A stretch of DNA of 64,000 bases from an uncultured delta proteobacterium (GTDB lineage: Bacteria > Myxococcota > Kuafuiibacteriia > Kuafuiibacteriales > Kuafuiibacteriaceae), in the NCBI GenBank assembly GCA_963803435.1, contig CAWDML010000007.1:32001-96000 (forward strand). The letters run 5' to 3'. Positions within the stretch are counted from its first letter, which is position 1. The number at the start of each line of letters is the position of its first letter. Below are positions 39,429 through 49,872 of the stretch, one piece after another. The notes under the pieces are model-generated. The model worked only from the letters and a program-made list of their open reading frames with translations. It was not told the DNA's origin and did no database searches. A program made the position numbers and the translations under genes.

Positions 39429-40168
39429 GCGGTTTCCTCCCCTGCGGGCTCGGTCAGCGTCATCGGCACAGAGGACATCTCGGGAAAGGGCAAGCTGTCT
39501 TGCGCGAGGATGAGCTCGGCCGCGCGCACGCTCATGGCATACCACGCAGCGCGCAACCGGCGCACATCTTCGTCCGGCAGCGCGGTCAGGAGACCGGCCC
39601 GCGCCCGCCGAACGCGGACGTCGTACATCGAGATGGCGGCCGCCACCGAGATGTTGAGGCTCTCGACGAAGCCGTGCATCGGGACCAGGAACCAGTGATC
39701 TGCTCCGTCGATCGCCGCCTGAGAGAGGCCCCCGTGCTCGTTGCCGAAGACCAGCGCGACCTTGCGATCGGCTGGGATTCGATCGACCGGCTCGCCGGCA
39801 GCGTGGAAGTGCGAGGCCCAGATCGCGTAGCCGCGGCGACGGAGGTGCGCGTAGGCGGCCGCGATCGACGCGTGCGCCCGGAGGTCGAGCCACTTGTGGG
39901 CCCCCAGCGATACGCGATCCGAGACGGTCAGCCGGGCCTTGTCCGCGACCACGTGGATCTCGAGGATCCCGAGCGCCTCCGCGGTGCGCATGACCGCCGA
40001 GCTGTTGTGCTCGTGGAAGATGTCCTCGAGGACCAGGATCAGGTCGCGGGTCCGCGACGCCAGGGCGCCCTCGATCCGCTCACGCCGCCGATCGCTGACA
40101 TACGGCGTGAGCTTGGCTACGATCCGATCGGCGGCATCGACCGTGAGATCCTCCAGCTTCGACTTCAT
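39425..40168 (-). CDS. trmH: SpoU/TrmH tRNA 2'-O-methyltransferase
   Basis: LEDIFHEHNSSAVMRT, VFGNEHGG, PMHGFVESLNISVA. Confidence 0.88.
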   Translation of the reverse strand: MKSKLEDLTVDAADRIVAKLTPYVSDRRRERIEGALASRTRDLILVLEDIFHEHNSSAVMRTAEALGILEIHVVADKARLTVSDRVSLGAHKWLDLRAHASIAAAYAHLRRRGYAIWASHFHAAGEPVDRIPADRKVALVFGNEHGGLSQAAIDGADHWFLVPMHGFVESLNISVAAAISMYDVRVRRARAGLLTALPDEDVRRLRAAWYAMSVRAAELILAQDSLPFPEMSSVPMTLTEPAGEETA

Positions 40169-40644
40169 CCGGCGAAGAGCATCACCCTGAACGTGGCGAT
40201 GAAGAGCACGATCAGATAGAGCGCGAGGCCGACCGAGTCGAGCATCTTTCCCTTGGCGATCAGCGGCAGGAGCTCCGCCTCTGGCTCCTTCGCCTCGCGG
40301 CCCCTGAGCAATCGCTTCACGTTGAACATGCGGAGGTGCGCGACCACCAGCGCCCCCATGACGAAGGCAATCTTGACGTGAAGCCAGGGCCCGGCTCCGC
40401 TCGTCTCCGGGTCGAGGACCGCGGGATTGGCGACCACCAGGAGAATACCGCCCAGGATGGCGACGAAGCCCCCAGGGATCTCGATCTTGCTCACCGCGTC
40501 GGAGACCGCCTCCGCGTGGCCCCGCCGGAAGAGGAGCCAGCCGGCCCCGGCGGCGCCGATGGCCATTCCGAGGCCCAGGAAGTGGATGAAACGACCGGTC
40601 CAGATGAGCTGGGGTAGGACTCCAAGCGACATGGCCGGCGCCAC
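40165..40644 (-). CDS. Four-TM membrane protein (HemJ/CopD-like)
   Basis: Four hydrophobic helices; IHFLG, WLHVKIAFV..H. Confidence 0.6.
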   Translation of the reverse strand: MAPAMSLGVLPQLIWTGRFIHFLGLGMAIGAAGAGWLLFRRGHAEAVSDAVSKIEIPGGFVAILGGILLVVANPAVLDPETSGAGPWLHVKIAFVMGALVVAHLRMFNVKRLLRGREAKEPEAELLPLIAKGKMLDSVGLALYLIVLFIATFRVMLFAG

Positions 40645-40734
40645 GATGCCGGTTCGAGGGCCGCGGGTCCAGGTCGAGGCGCACAGCCCTCACCGTCATT
40701 CGGCGGACCCCAAGTGCTAGTGTGATGAAGGACT

Positions 40735-41325
40735 ATGAAGTGTATGGGACTTCTCGCTCGTACATGCCTCCCCGCCGCCCTGGTGCTGGGTCTCGCCCTC
40801 TGCCCCGGCTGGGCGGAGGCGGCGCCGTCGAACAGCGCGGCGTGCAAGGCGAAACGTGCCAGTCGGAAGAAGGGCACCAAGCGGAGGGGACACCGGGTCG
40901 CCCCGAAGAAGCGCGCCCACCCGAAGGTGACGGCGGCGACCATCGCGAAGTGGCAGAAGCGCAAGGTTCCCCAGGATCAGATCGTGGAGAAGGCCACGGC
41001 CGCCGGCTACAAGGTCACCAAGATCGAGAAGAAGCGGCTCTTGAGGTTGAAGGTGAAGAAGCCGCTGATCGCGAAGCTCGAGGAGGCCCAGAAGGTACCC
41101 GGTGCCCTCGCCCAGGCCACACCCGCGGCGCCGAGCTTCAACCTCGAGGAGACGATCGATCCCAACGACATCGACTTCGACAGCGTGCCACCGCCGAAGG
41201 GCATGCCCGCAGGCATGGCGCAGAAACAGAAGGAAGAGGCCGCGAAGAAGCCGCTCGCTGCCGAGCCCGCCGAAAAGAGTGAGGAACCGAAGACCAAGCG
41301 GGTCGTCATTGCCGCCGGCAAGTGA
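40735..41325 (+). CDS. Hypothetical exported Lys-rich protein
   Basis: Signal peptide ending AEA; overlaps the queF start. Confidence 0.65.
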   Translation: MKCMGLLARTCLPAALVLGLALCPGWAEAAPSNSAACKAKRASRKKGTKRRGHRVAPKKRAHPKVTAATIAKWQKRKVPQDQIVEKATAAGYKVTKIEKKRLLRLKVKKPLIAKLEEAQKVPGALAQATPAAPSFNLEETIDPNDIDFDSVPPPKGMPAGMAQKQKEEAAKKPLAAEPAEKSEEPKTKRVVIAAGK

Positions 41326-41678
41326 TGAGCACGGCACCCTCCAAGAGCCTGGAGACCTTCCCGAATCCCAAACCCGAGCGCGATTACGAGATCGCGTTCG
41401 ACTGTCCCGAGTTCACCTGCGTCTGCCCGATGACCGGCCAGCCGGACTTCGCGACGATCCGCATCCGCTACATCCCCGATCGGCTGTGTGTGGAGCTCAA
41501 GTCGCTGAAGCTCTACCTGTGGTCGTTTCGTGAGGAGGGTCACTTCCACGAGGCCGTCACGAATCGCATCCTCGACGACCTGGTGGGTAAGCTGGCGCCG
41601 AGGTGGATGACGATCACCGGCGACTTCGCCGTACGCGGCGGGATCCACACCGTCGTGACCGCGACCCATGAAAAATAG
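41322..41678 (+). CDS. queF: PreQ0 reductase (type I QueF)
   Basis: [32 protein letters not shown]. Confidence 0.95.
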   Translation: MMSTAPSKSLETFPNPKPERDYEIAFDCPEFTCVCPMTGQPDFATIRIRYIPDRLCVELKSLKLYLWSFREEGHFHEAVTNRILDDLVGKLAPRWMTITGDFAVRGGIHTVVTATHEK

Positions 41679-41771
41679 TTTGCCGATCCGCCACGAACCG
41701 CGCGTCCAAGGATCGAGATGTTCGATCCGTGGCCGTGCTGAGGCGTGCCCGCTCGCCGTAAGGCGAGCGAG

Positions 41772-42335
41772 ATGGTGAACGCGGCCGTGAGCGACCGGCG
41801 CTCGAACCCCCGATTCGTCAGCGAAACCAAGGTCGAGGTCGGCCCCATCGAGCGGGGGGAGTTCGAGGTCCTCTGGACCGTCAACATCTCCACCGGCGGT
41901 CTCTTCGTGGCCACCGCCCACCCGCCGGCGCTGGGCACGCGCGTCCAGGTGCACCTCTCGATGGTCGGAGGGGTCCTGCCGCTGCAGGCGACCGTCGTCC
42001 ATCGCGTCTCGCCTGAGGAGGCCGAACGAACCGGGCTCCACGCGGGCGTCGGGCTCGAGTTCACCGAGCTCAGCACGGCGGTCCGCGACAAGATCGAAGC
42101 GTACATCGCAGGCCAGGAGACCCACGCGCACGAGGAGCGAGATCTTCTGCGACAGTCGTGGGCGACGGTGTTCCCGGATCGGATCGCCGAGGCGGAGCGG
42201 TTGGTCGTTCGAGCCATCGAGCTTCGCGGCGCCGGCGACATGGCCGAGGCGCAGGCTCTGCTGTCCGAGGCGATCGACCTCGACCCGTTCAATCAGGCCT
42301 TGACGGCGCTCTCCGCGGCCTGGCGTGGGCCGTGA
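41772..42335 (+). CDS. PilZ-domain protein with C-terminal TPR-like helices
   Basis: RRSNPRF, NISTGGLFV, GVGLEF; AIDLDPFN. Confidence 0.85.
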   Translation: MVNAAVSDRRSNPRFVSETKVEVGPIERGEFEVLWTVNISTGGLFVATAHPPALGTRVQVHLSMVGGVLPLQATVVHRVSPEEAERTGLHAGVGLEFTELSTAVRDKIEAYIAGQETHAHEERDLLRQSWATVFPDRIAEAERLVVRAIELRGAGDMAEAQALLSEAIDLDPFNQALTALSAAWRGP

Positions 42336-42370
42336 CGCAGGCTGCTTTGCAGCCGGCATCCAACTGATCG

Positions 42371-42898
42371 ATGATCCGGCGCATGAAGAAGACGCACCTC
42401 GCAGTCATGGTGGTCGGGCTGGGTCTCGCGGCCTGGTGGCTCTCCGGAAACAGCCAGACGCAAGACGCGAAGCTCATCTTCGATCGCCCGTGGGTCAGCG
42501 CGATGCCCGACGATCCGCGCGAAGCCTTCCACGCGCTCTTCCTCGCCAAGAAGCAGGAGAAAGGGATCACGCTGGTGGGCTCCCAGTATCAGCACCTCGT
42601 CAGCGTGGTGAGCTACAAGCTCGACAAGGACAAGCTCCAGCTCAACTTCCTTCAGCAGGAGTTCAAGATCGCCGGCAAGGTGAAGGCCTGGAAGTGCAAG
42701 GCGCCTGGCAACCTCGATCTGTGCCTCCAGATCGACTACCGATGGAAGAAGGTGAAGCTGTACAGCTCGACCAAATGGAATCGGGCGAAGAACGTCCCCG
42801 CCTGGCTGCGCTTCGATCCTGAATCGCTCCCCAACGTGAACGCCTGCACCTCTTGCCGCGAGCAGGGCGACGAGCCCTCCTGGCTCGAATCCCTCTGA
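42371..42898 (+). CDS. Hypothetical exported/membrane-anchored protein
   Basis: N-terminal hydrophobic segment; GC3-rich codons. Confidence 0.7.
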   Translation: MIRRMKKTHLAVMVVGLGLAAWWLSGNSQTQDAKLIFDRPWVSAMPDDPREAFHALFLAKKQEKGITLVGSQYQHLVSVVSYKLDKDKLQLNFLQQEFKIAGKVKAWKCKAPGNLDLCLQIDYRWKKVKLYSSTKWNRAKNVPAWLRFDPESLPNVNACTSCREQGDEPSWLESL

Positions 42899-42952
42899 AG
42901 CGCGCCTTTCCGCCTCTTCGCCTCGCTCCTGGGCCCGGTGTAAGCTCCCGGC

Positions 42953-43996
42953 GTGCTGCCTGCTCTCCTGGCGCTCCTCGTCGCAGCTCCGCCGGTGGCC
43001 GGCGTGTATCCGATCGTCCCGGCCAAGGGCCCGCTGGTCCGACGTTCGGCTGAAGCGCAAGCTGACTTGCTGTTCAACTGGGGATTCCGGCTCGCCGGGG
43101 GCGACTTCGAGGACGACCGGCTCCCGACGGCGCTGAGGAAGCGCGGCATCCGGACGATGACGGTGGTCGGCGTCTTTCAGGGCGCCAATCACTGGAAGAA
43201 GCACCCCGAGTCGCGACCGATCGACTCGCGCGGGAAGCGCATCGCGAAGGACCACTGGTACGCCGGCGTGTGCCCCAACCAGGAGTGGTTGCGGAGAGGC
43301 AAGCTCGAGGAGATTGAAGGGCTGCTCCAGACAGGCCGCTACGACGTGCTGCTGCTGGACTTCGTCCGCTACCCGGTCCTCTGGGAGCGGAAGGCGCCCA
43401 AGACCCCCAAGACCTGCTACTGCAAGGCCTGCCTGTCCCGGTTCGAGCACGACACCGGCGTGAACCTGCCGAACCGCTCGGTCCCGCAGATCGCCCGCTG
43501 GATCGACGAGAACGAGAGCGAGCGTTGGCTCCACTGGCGAGCCGATCGGATCACGGCCTTCGTGCATGACGTTCGCGTCCTTCGCGACCGCGTCAGCCCC
43601 AAGACCCTCATCGGCGTGACGGTCGTGCCGTGGATGGACCAGAGCCTGCTCGAGGTCGCCGGTCAGGACCTGACCGGCCTGGCCAAGGAGGCCGACGTCT
43701 TCGTGCCGACCAGCTTCCACAAGCTGATGGGCAAGTCGGTCCGCTGGGTCTCCGACGTCAACGCGTTCGTCCACAAGGCGACCAAGAAACCCGTCTGGCC
43801 GATCCTCCTGTTCGACGAGCAGCGCCGCCTTTCGCCGAGCGAGTGGGACGCCTACCTCTCGCACGCGCTGCGCGGCGCGGACGGCTTCATCGCGTTCCCC
43901 TTCCCCAGCGTTCCCCGGTCTCGCGGGCTGAACGTGCTGACCCAGCAGCTCAACGATCGGGCTCCCGACGAAGGGCTGATCACGGATCCCGAGTGA
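42953..43996 (+). CDS. Secreted TIM-barrel glycoside hydrolase-like protein (GHL10-like)
   Basis: CPN, LLLDFVRYP, CYCKAC, WLHWRADRITAFV, GQD. Confidence 0.7.
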   Translation: MLPALLALLVAAPPVAGVYPIVPAKGPLVRRSAEAQADLLFNWGFRLAGGDFEDDRLPTALRKRGIRTMTVVGVFQGANHWKKHPESRPIDSRGKRIAKDHWYAGVCPNQEWLRRGKLEEIEGLLQTGRYDVLLLDFVRYPVLWERKAPKTPKTCYCKACLSRFEHDTGVNLPNRSVPQIARWIDENESERWLHWRADRITAFVHDVRVLRDRVSPKTLIGVTVVPWMDQSLLEVAGQDLTGLAKEADVFVPTSFHKLMGKSVRWVSDVNAFVHKATKKPVWPILLFDEQRRLSPSEWDAYLSHALRGADGFIAFPFPSVPRSRGLNVLTQQLNDRAPDEGLITDPE

Positions 43997-44646
43997 TCGC
44001 GTTCTTCGATCTCGATCGCACGCTGATCCGCAGGAATTCGGGTGCGCTCTGGCTCCTCAAGGAGATCAGGGAGCGCAAGCTGCGGCTGAGCGACGCGGTG
44101 CGCGGGCTGTTCGGACTGGCGAGGTACAGCATCGGCTTCGTGGAGCTCGAGTCGCTGGTCCTGTTGGCGATCAGCAGGCTCGAGGGCAGGCCGGAGCGCG
44201 AGCTCGCCCAACGCGTCGAGGAGTTCTATCGGGACGAGGTGGTGTCGCTCTACCGGCCGCGGGCGCGCGATGTGCTGGCCTCGCACCGCGATCGAGGCGA
44301 GCGCCTGGTGCTGCTGACGTCGGCCTCGCTCTATCTGTCGGAGCTGGTCGCGCGGGAGCTCGGGCTGGACGACGTGCTCTGCAATCGCTTCGAGGTGAAC
44401 GGCGCGGGCATGTTCTCCGGCCGGCCGGCGGGTCCGGTCTGCTACGGCCGCGGGAAGCTGGTGCACGCCCAGGCCTATGCAGCGCGGGCCGGCACCACGC
44501 TCGATCGCTGCGCGTTCTACACCGATTCGCTCGCCGACCTCCCGGTGCTCGAGGTCGTGGGCCGCCCGGTGGCGGTGCATCCCGACCCCCGCCTTCGCCG
44601 GATCGCAGAAGCGCGCGGCTGGCCCATCGAAGACTGGGGTTCGTGA
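43993..44646 (+). CDS. HAD-IB family hydrolase
   Basis: GTG start; FFDLDRTL, LLTSAS, GK, YTDSLADLP. Confidence 0.9.
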   Translation: MIAFFDLDRTLIRRNSGALWLLKEIRERKLRLSDAVRGLFGLARYSIGFVELESLVLLAISRLEGRPERELAQRVEEFYRDEVVSLYRPRARDVLASHRDRGERLVLLTSASLYLSELVARELGLDDVLCNRFEVNGAGMFSGRPAGPVCYGRGKLVHAQAYAARAGTTLDRCAFYTDSLADLPVLEVVGRPVAVHPDPRLRRIAEARGWPIEDWGS

Positions 44647-45251
44647 TGGAGTACGGGATCCAGCGCCGGCGCATCTACCTGGTCCCGGCGGACGAGGACG
44701 ATCTCGCCTGCGTGCTCGAGGCCTTCGATCTGGAGGAGGTCTGGGACATGTTCGGCTTCCCGGGGCCGAGCAGGTTCAAGATCATGCGGGCCCACCGCGC
44801 CGGCCAAATGGTCCTGGGGATCATGAAGCGGGTCGAAGATCGAAGACGCGTCGGCTTCGTCGTGATGTTTCCGCCGACGAAGGACTTCGACTTCTGGGAG
44901 TTCGGCTACGTGATCCTCGATCCCGCGGATCGCGACGCCTTCAGCGCCCTCTGCGCGACCGACGCCATGGCGCACTACATGTTCGATCACCTGCGCGTCG
45001 ACGCCATGGGCTGGCGAACCCGCGCGGATAATCGTGCCGCCGATGCCGTGGTTCGCCGCCTCGGCTACCAGCCCTTCGGAGCCTGGGAGGTCGACGGCCA
45101 CCACTATACGTTCTACCGCCTCGATCTCGAGGGATGGAAAAAGCGCGTCGCCAAGCTCGAAGCGGGTGAACGGACGCATCCCTCTGGTATCGGCGACGTG
45201 TTCGTGACCCTCGCGGATCCGCCCTACGAGCCCATCGATCCCGGCGAGTGA
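44646..45251 (+). CDS. RimJ/RimL-type GNAT-fold protein
   Basis: RRIYLVPADEDD, WEFGY, NRAA..VVRRLGY. Confidence 0.7.
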   Translation: MEYGIQRRRIYLVPADEDDLACVLEAFDLEEVWDMFGFPGPSRFKIMRAHRAGQMVLGIMKRVEDRRRVGFVVMFPPTKDFDFWEFGYVILDPADRDAFSALCATDAMAHYMFDHLRVDAMGWRTRADNRAADAVVRRLGYQPFGAWEVDGHHYTFYRLDLEGWKKRVAKLEAGERTHPSGIGDVFVTLADPPYEPIDPGE

Positions 45252-45266
45252 TATGCTGGAACGGCG

Positions 45267-46970
45267 ATGCGGGCATGTCCGCACTGCCTCTCTGTCTACT
45301 CCGTCGACGCGGAGCACTGCAGCGTGGACGGACAGAGGCTCGGCGGTCCAGGCGCCCTCCGTGGGAAGGCGGTCGAAGGCTACGTCTTCTCGGACCTCCT
45401 GGGCGTGGGCGCCACCGGGTGCGTCTACCGCGGCCGCACCCCGAGCGACGAGACCTGCGCGATCAAGCTGCTCTTTCGCGAGATGGCCGCCGACGAGAGC
45501 CTTCTCGAGCGCTTCCGCCGCGAGGCCGAGGCCGTCAGCGAGATGGATCATCCGAACGTGGTGCGCATCTTCGGCTACGGCACCACCGCGGCCGGCACCC
45601 TGTACATCGCGATGGAGTACGTGAACGGGAAGACGCTCAAGGACATCCTCGAGGCCGACGCTCCGCTCCGTCCCGCGCGCGCAGGCAGGATCGCAGAGCA
45701 GATCTCGCTGGGGCTCGGAGAAGCGCATCGCCTCGGCTTCGTCCACCGCGACCTCAAGCCGGGCAACATCATGATCCGTCGCGATCGCTTCGGCCGTGAG
45801 CAGGCCAAGCTCCTCGACTTCGGGATCGTCGCCAGCCTCAAGGAGCGCGAGGCCGATCAGCGCCTCACCAAGACGGGCTACATCGTCGGCACGCCCACGT
45901 ACATGGCGCCGGAGCAGATCGATCCCAAGCAGGTCGGACCCCAGGTCGACGTCTACGCCCTCGGCGTGATGCTCTACGAGATGCTGTGCGGTCAGCCGCC
46001 CTTTCGCGGCACGCTCGAGCAGATCCTCGTCGCAAAGATGACGCAGGATCCGACACCGATCGAGAACGGCGGCGAGCTGGGCGCGCTCGCGCTCCGCTTC
46101 CTCGAGAAGGATCCGGCGAAGCGGACGAAGAACGCGCTGCAGGCGAGCGCGCAGCTCGGGAAGCTCAGCCTGCTCTCCGACGATTCGGCGACCGTGCGCT
46201 CCGAGATTCCGGATCTACCGACGTTCGAGGAGGTCGGTGCCGCGCCGCCGACCGTGCGCCTGCAGGAGTGGGAGGAGGTCACCAAGCCGCCGCGCGCGCG
46301 CGATCAATGGACCGCGGACACGCGCCGGATCGACGTCGAGACGCCGGACCTGGTGCCGCACGCCCGGCCCGACACCCTGATCGACGGGCTCCCCGCCGGG
46401 CTGCGCCCGGTCGACATCGGCGCGGAGCCGCTCCAGGCGAAGAACCCGTCCGTGTTCCCGCTGCCGGTGGCGCCGAGCGTCTCGGACGTCGAGGTCCCGA
46501 CGGAGATCGGCCCGCCGCCGGACTCCCTGGTCCGGGACACGGACGAGGACATGCTGATCCCCGAGGTGTCCGACACGCCGCCGGACGGCGACGACCCCGC
46601 GAGCACCTCGATGCTCCCCACGCAGCAGGAGGAGGCGGCCGACGAGCCGACGGCCGACGAAATGGTGGAGCACCCCGAAGATGCGTTCGATCGCGTGCGC
46701 TATGGCGAGCTCACCTCGGGCGAGGAGGAGACCGATCTTCAGTTCTCGCTCGATCCGGTGGGTGTCCCGCAGGTCGGGCCCGTCCCGACCTCGGTCGATC
46801 CGGATCCACCGGTCGCCACCAAGGCCGCGCCTCCGCCCGGCCGCAGGTTTCCGCTGGGACGCGTGATCGCGCTCGGGGTCCTGTTCTTGACGCTGCTGCT
46901 GATCGCCGCGGCGCTCGCGTTCGACTTCGTCGACAACGAGATCGTCATCATCGACGTCCCGCGTGACTGA
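45267..46970 (+). CDS. Ser/Thr protein kinase with acidic Pro-rich linker and C-terminal TM helix
   Basis: CPHC ribbon; LGVGATGCVY, AIK, HRDLKPGN, DFG, GTPTYMAPE. Confidence 0.93.
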   Translation: MRACPHCLSVYSVDAEHCSVDGQRLGGPGALRGKAVEGYVFSDLLGVGATGCVYRGRTPSDETCAIKLLFREMAADESLLERFRREAEAVSEMDHPNVVRIFGYGTTAAGTLYIAMEYVNGKTLKDILEADAPLRPARAGRIAEQISLGLGEAHRLGFVHRDLKPGNIMIRRDRFGREQAKLLDFGIVASLKEREADQRLTKTGYIVGTPTYMAPEQIDPKQVGPQVDVYALGVMLYEMLCGQPPFRGTLEQILVAKMTQDPTPIENGGELGALALRFLEKDPAKRTKNALQASAQLGKLSLLSDDSATVRSEIPDLPTFEEVGAAPPTVRLQEWEEVTKPPRARDQWTADTRRIDVETPDLVPHARPDTLIDGLPAGLRPVDIGAEPLQAKNPSVFPLPVAPSVSDVEVPTEIGPPPDSLVRDTDEDMLIPEVSDTPPDGDDPASTSMLPTQQEEAADEPTADEMVEHPEDAFDRVRYGELTSGEEETDLQFSLDPVGVPQVGPVPTSVDPDPPVATKAAPPPGRRFPLGRVIALGVLFLTLLLIAAALAFDFVDNEIVIIDVPRD

Positions 46971-46973
46971 CGC

Positions 46974-47894
46974 TCACCCCTCCACCTTCGCGCAAGCCGC
47001 CTTGCGCCTCGCCTCGAGTGCCTCCCGCGCAGCTTGGGTGACTTGAGCGCCGGCGAAAGCGGCGGCCCGCCGGCAGAGGTGGCGCGCCGTCTCGCTGGCA
47101 GGATCGAGCTTCCTCAGCTTCTTGAGGTCGCCGATCGGGTCGCCCTTCGCGGTCTTCCCGCACGTGCGGGCGAACGCCTGCTTGGCCGCCTTGGCCACCT
47201 TGCCGCGGAGATCCTTGGCGCGCTCGATCTCGCCCAGGTGAACGCTCGCGGCGATGCACTCGTACTCTCCTGCGTTCGCCAGCTCGCCGTACAGCGCCGA
47301 CACGCGGCAGCCCTGAGCGACCTTCGCCTCGTGCTCGGTTCCAACGGTCATCGCCACTGCGTTGCGACAGATCGCGATGGCCTCCTCGGAGTCGAGCGCC
47401 AGCTTCTCCAGCTCGTCGAGGCGCTCGAGCGCGGCTCGACTGGCGGAGGCCCCCTTGCACGCCTTCTCCAGCTCCGCCTCCAGCGCGCTCACGTCGGCGC
47501 CGGCCTTCTTCGAGGCGGCGACGATCTTGCGGTCGTAGTCGCAGGCCACCCCCTGGGTCGTCCCTTCCAGCTCGGACACCCCCCGGAGCGAGGTCCACAC
47601 GTCGGCCTGCATGCAGTGCTGCTCCACCGCGGCGCTCACCTCCGCGCTCTTCGCCTCGGCGCGAGCCTTCGCCATCGCCGCCAGGCTCCGCGCCTCCATG
47701 CACTCGAACTGCGCCTCGGGCGTCCGGAGATCGCCACCGGCGAGCGATGCGACCAGCGCCTCCGCCCGCCCCGCCCATTCGCCCGCGGCGGGATCCCGCG
47801 CCGTTCGACTCGCCGACGCCACCGACGGCGCGGTCTCATCTTCGCCGGAGCAGGCGGTCGAGAGGACGGCCAGGAGGATCCACGAAAGACGCAT
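46974..47894 (-). CDS. Cys-rich helical lipoprotein
   Basis: Lipobox LSTAC; regularly spaced Cys. Confidence 0.65.
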   Translation of the reverse strand: MRLSWILLAVLSTACSGEDETAPSVASASRTARDPAAGEWAGRAEALVASLAGGDLRTPEAQFECMEARSLAAMAKARAEAKSAEVSAAVEQHCMQADVWTSLRGVSELEGTTQGVACDYDRKIVAASKKAGADVSALEAELEKACKGASASRAALERLDELEKLALDSEEAIAICRNAVAMTVGTEHEAKVAQGCRVSALYGELANAGEYECIAASVHLGEIERAKDLRGKVAKAAKQAFARTCGKTAKGDPIGDLKKLRKLDPASETARHLCRRAAAFAGAQVTQAAREALEARRKAACAKVEG

Positions 47895-47925
47895 CTGGGC
47901 GGTCTACCACGGGAGCACCGAAGCC

Positions 47926-48840
47926 TCACACCAGGTTGAGGCAGACCTCGGACTTGGCCACTTCCGCGCGCATCCCGTACGGAAAAGCGATCCGATCCTC
48001 CTCGATCCCGTCGCCGAAGAGCACGCCGTCCTCGTTCATCTCCGAGGTGATCGACAAGTGCGCACCTGCGGGGATGAGGCCTTCGGTGAGCGTCGTGCCG
48101 GTGGCGATGCTCGGAAAGGCCTCGCGCACGAAGAACGCCAGCTCCCGGTCGGACGGCGCCGGCAAGGCCAGGTCGGTGGCGCGCTCGCGCCGGATCGATC
48201 GCGCCCAACCCGTCGAGCCGGTACCCGTGGCGATGACGATGCCCGAGGACGACTGCCGCTCCTGCCGGCCGGCGAGTGCGATCAGGTAGCGCGACGACTG
48301 GTGGGTACGGTGTCCGAGATAGACCTCGTTGAGCGCGAGCAGCCGCTGTCCGTCGTCGAGCCGCGCCTCCACCATCGTCCGGATCTCCCGGCAGTCGAGT
48401 CGGTGCTCGGCCGCCATCGCGATCAGATCCGGCGTCTCCTCGGGCGGGTGCTTCACCAGCACACCGTCGTAGCGCTGGGGATCGGGGTTGATTCCGAGCA
48501 CCGGCTGCCCGCGCAGATACTTGGCGATGTTCGCGACCAGGCCGTCCTGTCCCAGCGCGATCACCAGATCCTCCGGCTCGAAGAGGAACCGGTCCAGCTC
48601 ACCGCGGTCGACCCGCGTCCGCCGCCAGCGCACCGGGATCGCGCGCTGCACCGAGGCGAGCGCCCGCTCGAATCGCTGGTGCCGCTGCTGGACCTCGTCG
48701 ATCGACTGACCGCGCGTCTCCAAGAAGAAGCGAGCCTGTCCGTGCGTCGCATGACGGGCCAGCAGGCTCTCGTACTCCGTGGGACGGGTGACCACGACCG
48801 CGCGCGGCGTGACCCCTCCCTGCTCAACGGTGGACATCAT
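47926..48840 (-). CDS. NAD-kinase-like protein
   Basis: LGQDGLVAN, GINPD, ALNE, SSGIVIATGTGSTGW (variants of GGDG / NE / TPTGSTAY). Confidence 0.8.
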   Translation of the reverse strand: MMSTVEQGGVTPRAVVVTRPTEYESLLARHATHGQARFFLETRGQSIDEVQQRHQRFERALASVQRAIPVRWRRTRVDRGELDRFLFEPEDLVIALGQDGLVANIAKYLRGQPVLGINPDPQRYDGVLVKHPPEETPDLIAMAAEHRLDCREIRTMVEARLDDGQRLLALNEVYLGHRTHQSSRYLIALAGRQERQSSSGIVIATGTGSTGWARSIRRERATDLALPAPSDRELAFFVREAFPSIATGTTLTEGLIPAGAHLSITSEMNEDGVLFGDGIEEDRIAFPYGMRAEVAKSEVCLNLV

Positions 48841-49858
48841 CCTCCTCCGTCAACCGCTTCGTCCCGGCGCGGATCAGATCGGTCACCAGCGGGCCGAACA
48901 TGTCCGGCGCCACCGTGAGGTGCTCGATCGAGTGGAGCTTGCCGGCGAGCTCCTGAGCGGCCAAGCCGATGATCACCGGCGTCGGGAGATCGCGGTAGAT
49001 CCCCATCCGGTCGCGCTCGGCCGCCACCTTCACCTCTTCGACGACGCGAATGTTCTCCGCCTCGGTGACCGAGTACATGCGCTTCGCCTCGCACTCGGCC
49101 TCGGTGCGCAGGCGATCAGCCTCGACCTGCTCCTCGGCGCGACGCCGCTCGTTCTGGCCCTGCTGGGCGATCAGCTGCTCCTCCCGCCGGGCCAGCTCGA
49201 TCTTGTTGGAGAGCTCGTTCTCCTGGATCGCCCGCTCCTTCTCGACGGCCTGGGCGCGCCGCGAGAACGTCGCCTCGTCGGCCTTCTGCTGGATCGCCTC
49301 CCGCGTCGGCATCTGGAGGGCGCGCTCGAGATCCGCGCTCGGCTTCACCGACGCCAGCCGCACCGAGACGATCTCGATCCCCATCTGCCGCAGCTCCTCA
49401 TCGGCGGTGAGGCCGGCGCGGATGCGCTCGCGGAGTGCCTCGATCCCGTGGGACAGCGCCTCCCGGACCGCCGTGTTGGCGATATACTCGAGCGCGAACT
49501 GCTGCGCGAGCTGGGTGATCAGCTGCGCCAGGCGCTCCAGCGGCTGCTTGGCGAAGAGGCCCTGGTCGAGATCGATCGAGAAGTCGACCCGGCGCATCAG
49601 CGCGTCAGGGTCCGCGACGCGATACGTGATGACGCCCTGGGTCGTCACGTCCTGGAAGTCCTGCGAGCGCCCCGAGAAGTGGAACGGCAGCTCGCGATCG
49701 TCGAGCGGGACCTCCGCGATGCTCGCGGACAGCGGCACGAACCAGAAGGAGAGCCCGGCGCCGCTGCGCACCTGTCTCCCTCGCCGGTACTGGACGATCT
49801 GAAAGTTGGGCTCGCCACGCAGGTGGCGCCAGAACAGCACGCGTTTGATGTCCGCCAT
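48824..49858 (-). CDS. SPFH/band-7 (flotillin-like) protein
   Basis: GAGLSFW, SQDFQDVTTQGVITYRV; coiled-coil EA-rich tail. Confidence 0.88.
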   Translation of the reverse strand: MADIKRVLFWRHLRGEPNFQIVQYRRGRQVRSGAGLSFWFVPLSASIAEVPLDDRELPFHFSGRSQDFQDVTTQGVITYRVADPDALMRRVDFSIDLDQGLFAKQPLERLAQLITQLAQQFALEYIANTAVREALSHGIEALRERIRAGLTADEELRQMGIEIVSVRLASVKPSADLERALQMPTREAIQQKADEATFSRRAQAVEKERAIQENELSNKIELARREEQLIAQQGQNERRRAEEQVEADRLRTEAECEAKRMYSVTEAENIRVVEEVKVAAERDRMGIYRDLPTPVIIGLAAQELAGKLHSIEHLTVAPDMFGPLVTDLIRAGTKRLTEEDDVHR

Positions 49859-49872
49859 GATCGAACCTCCGT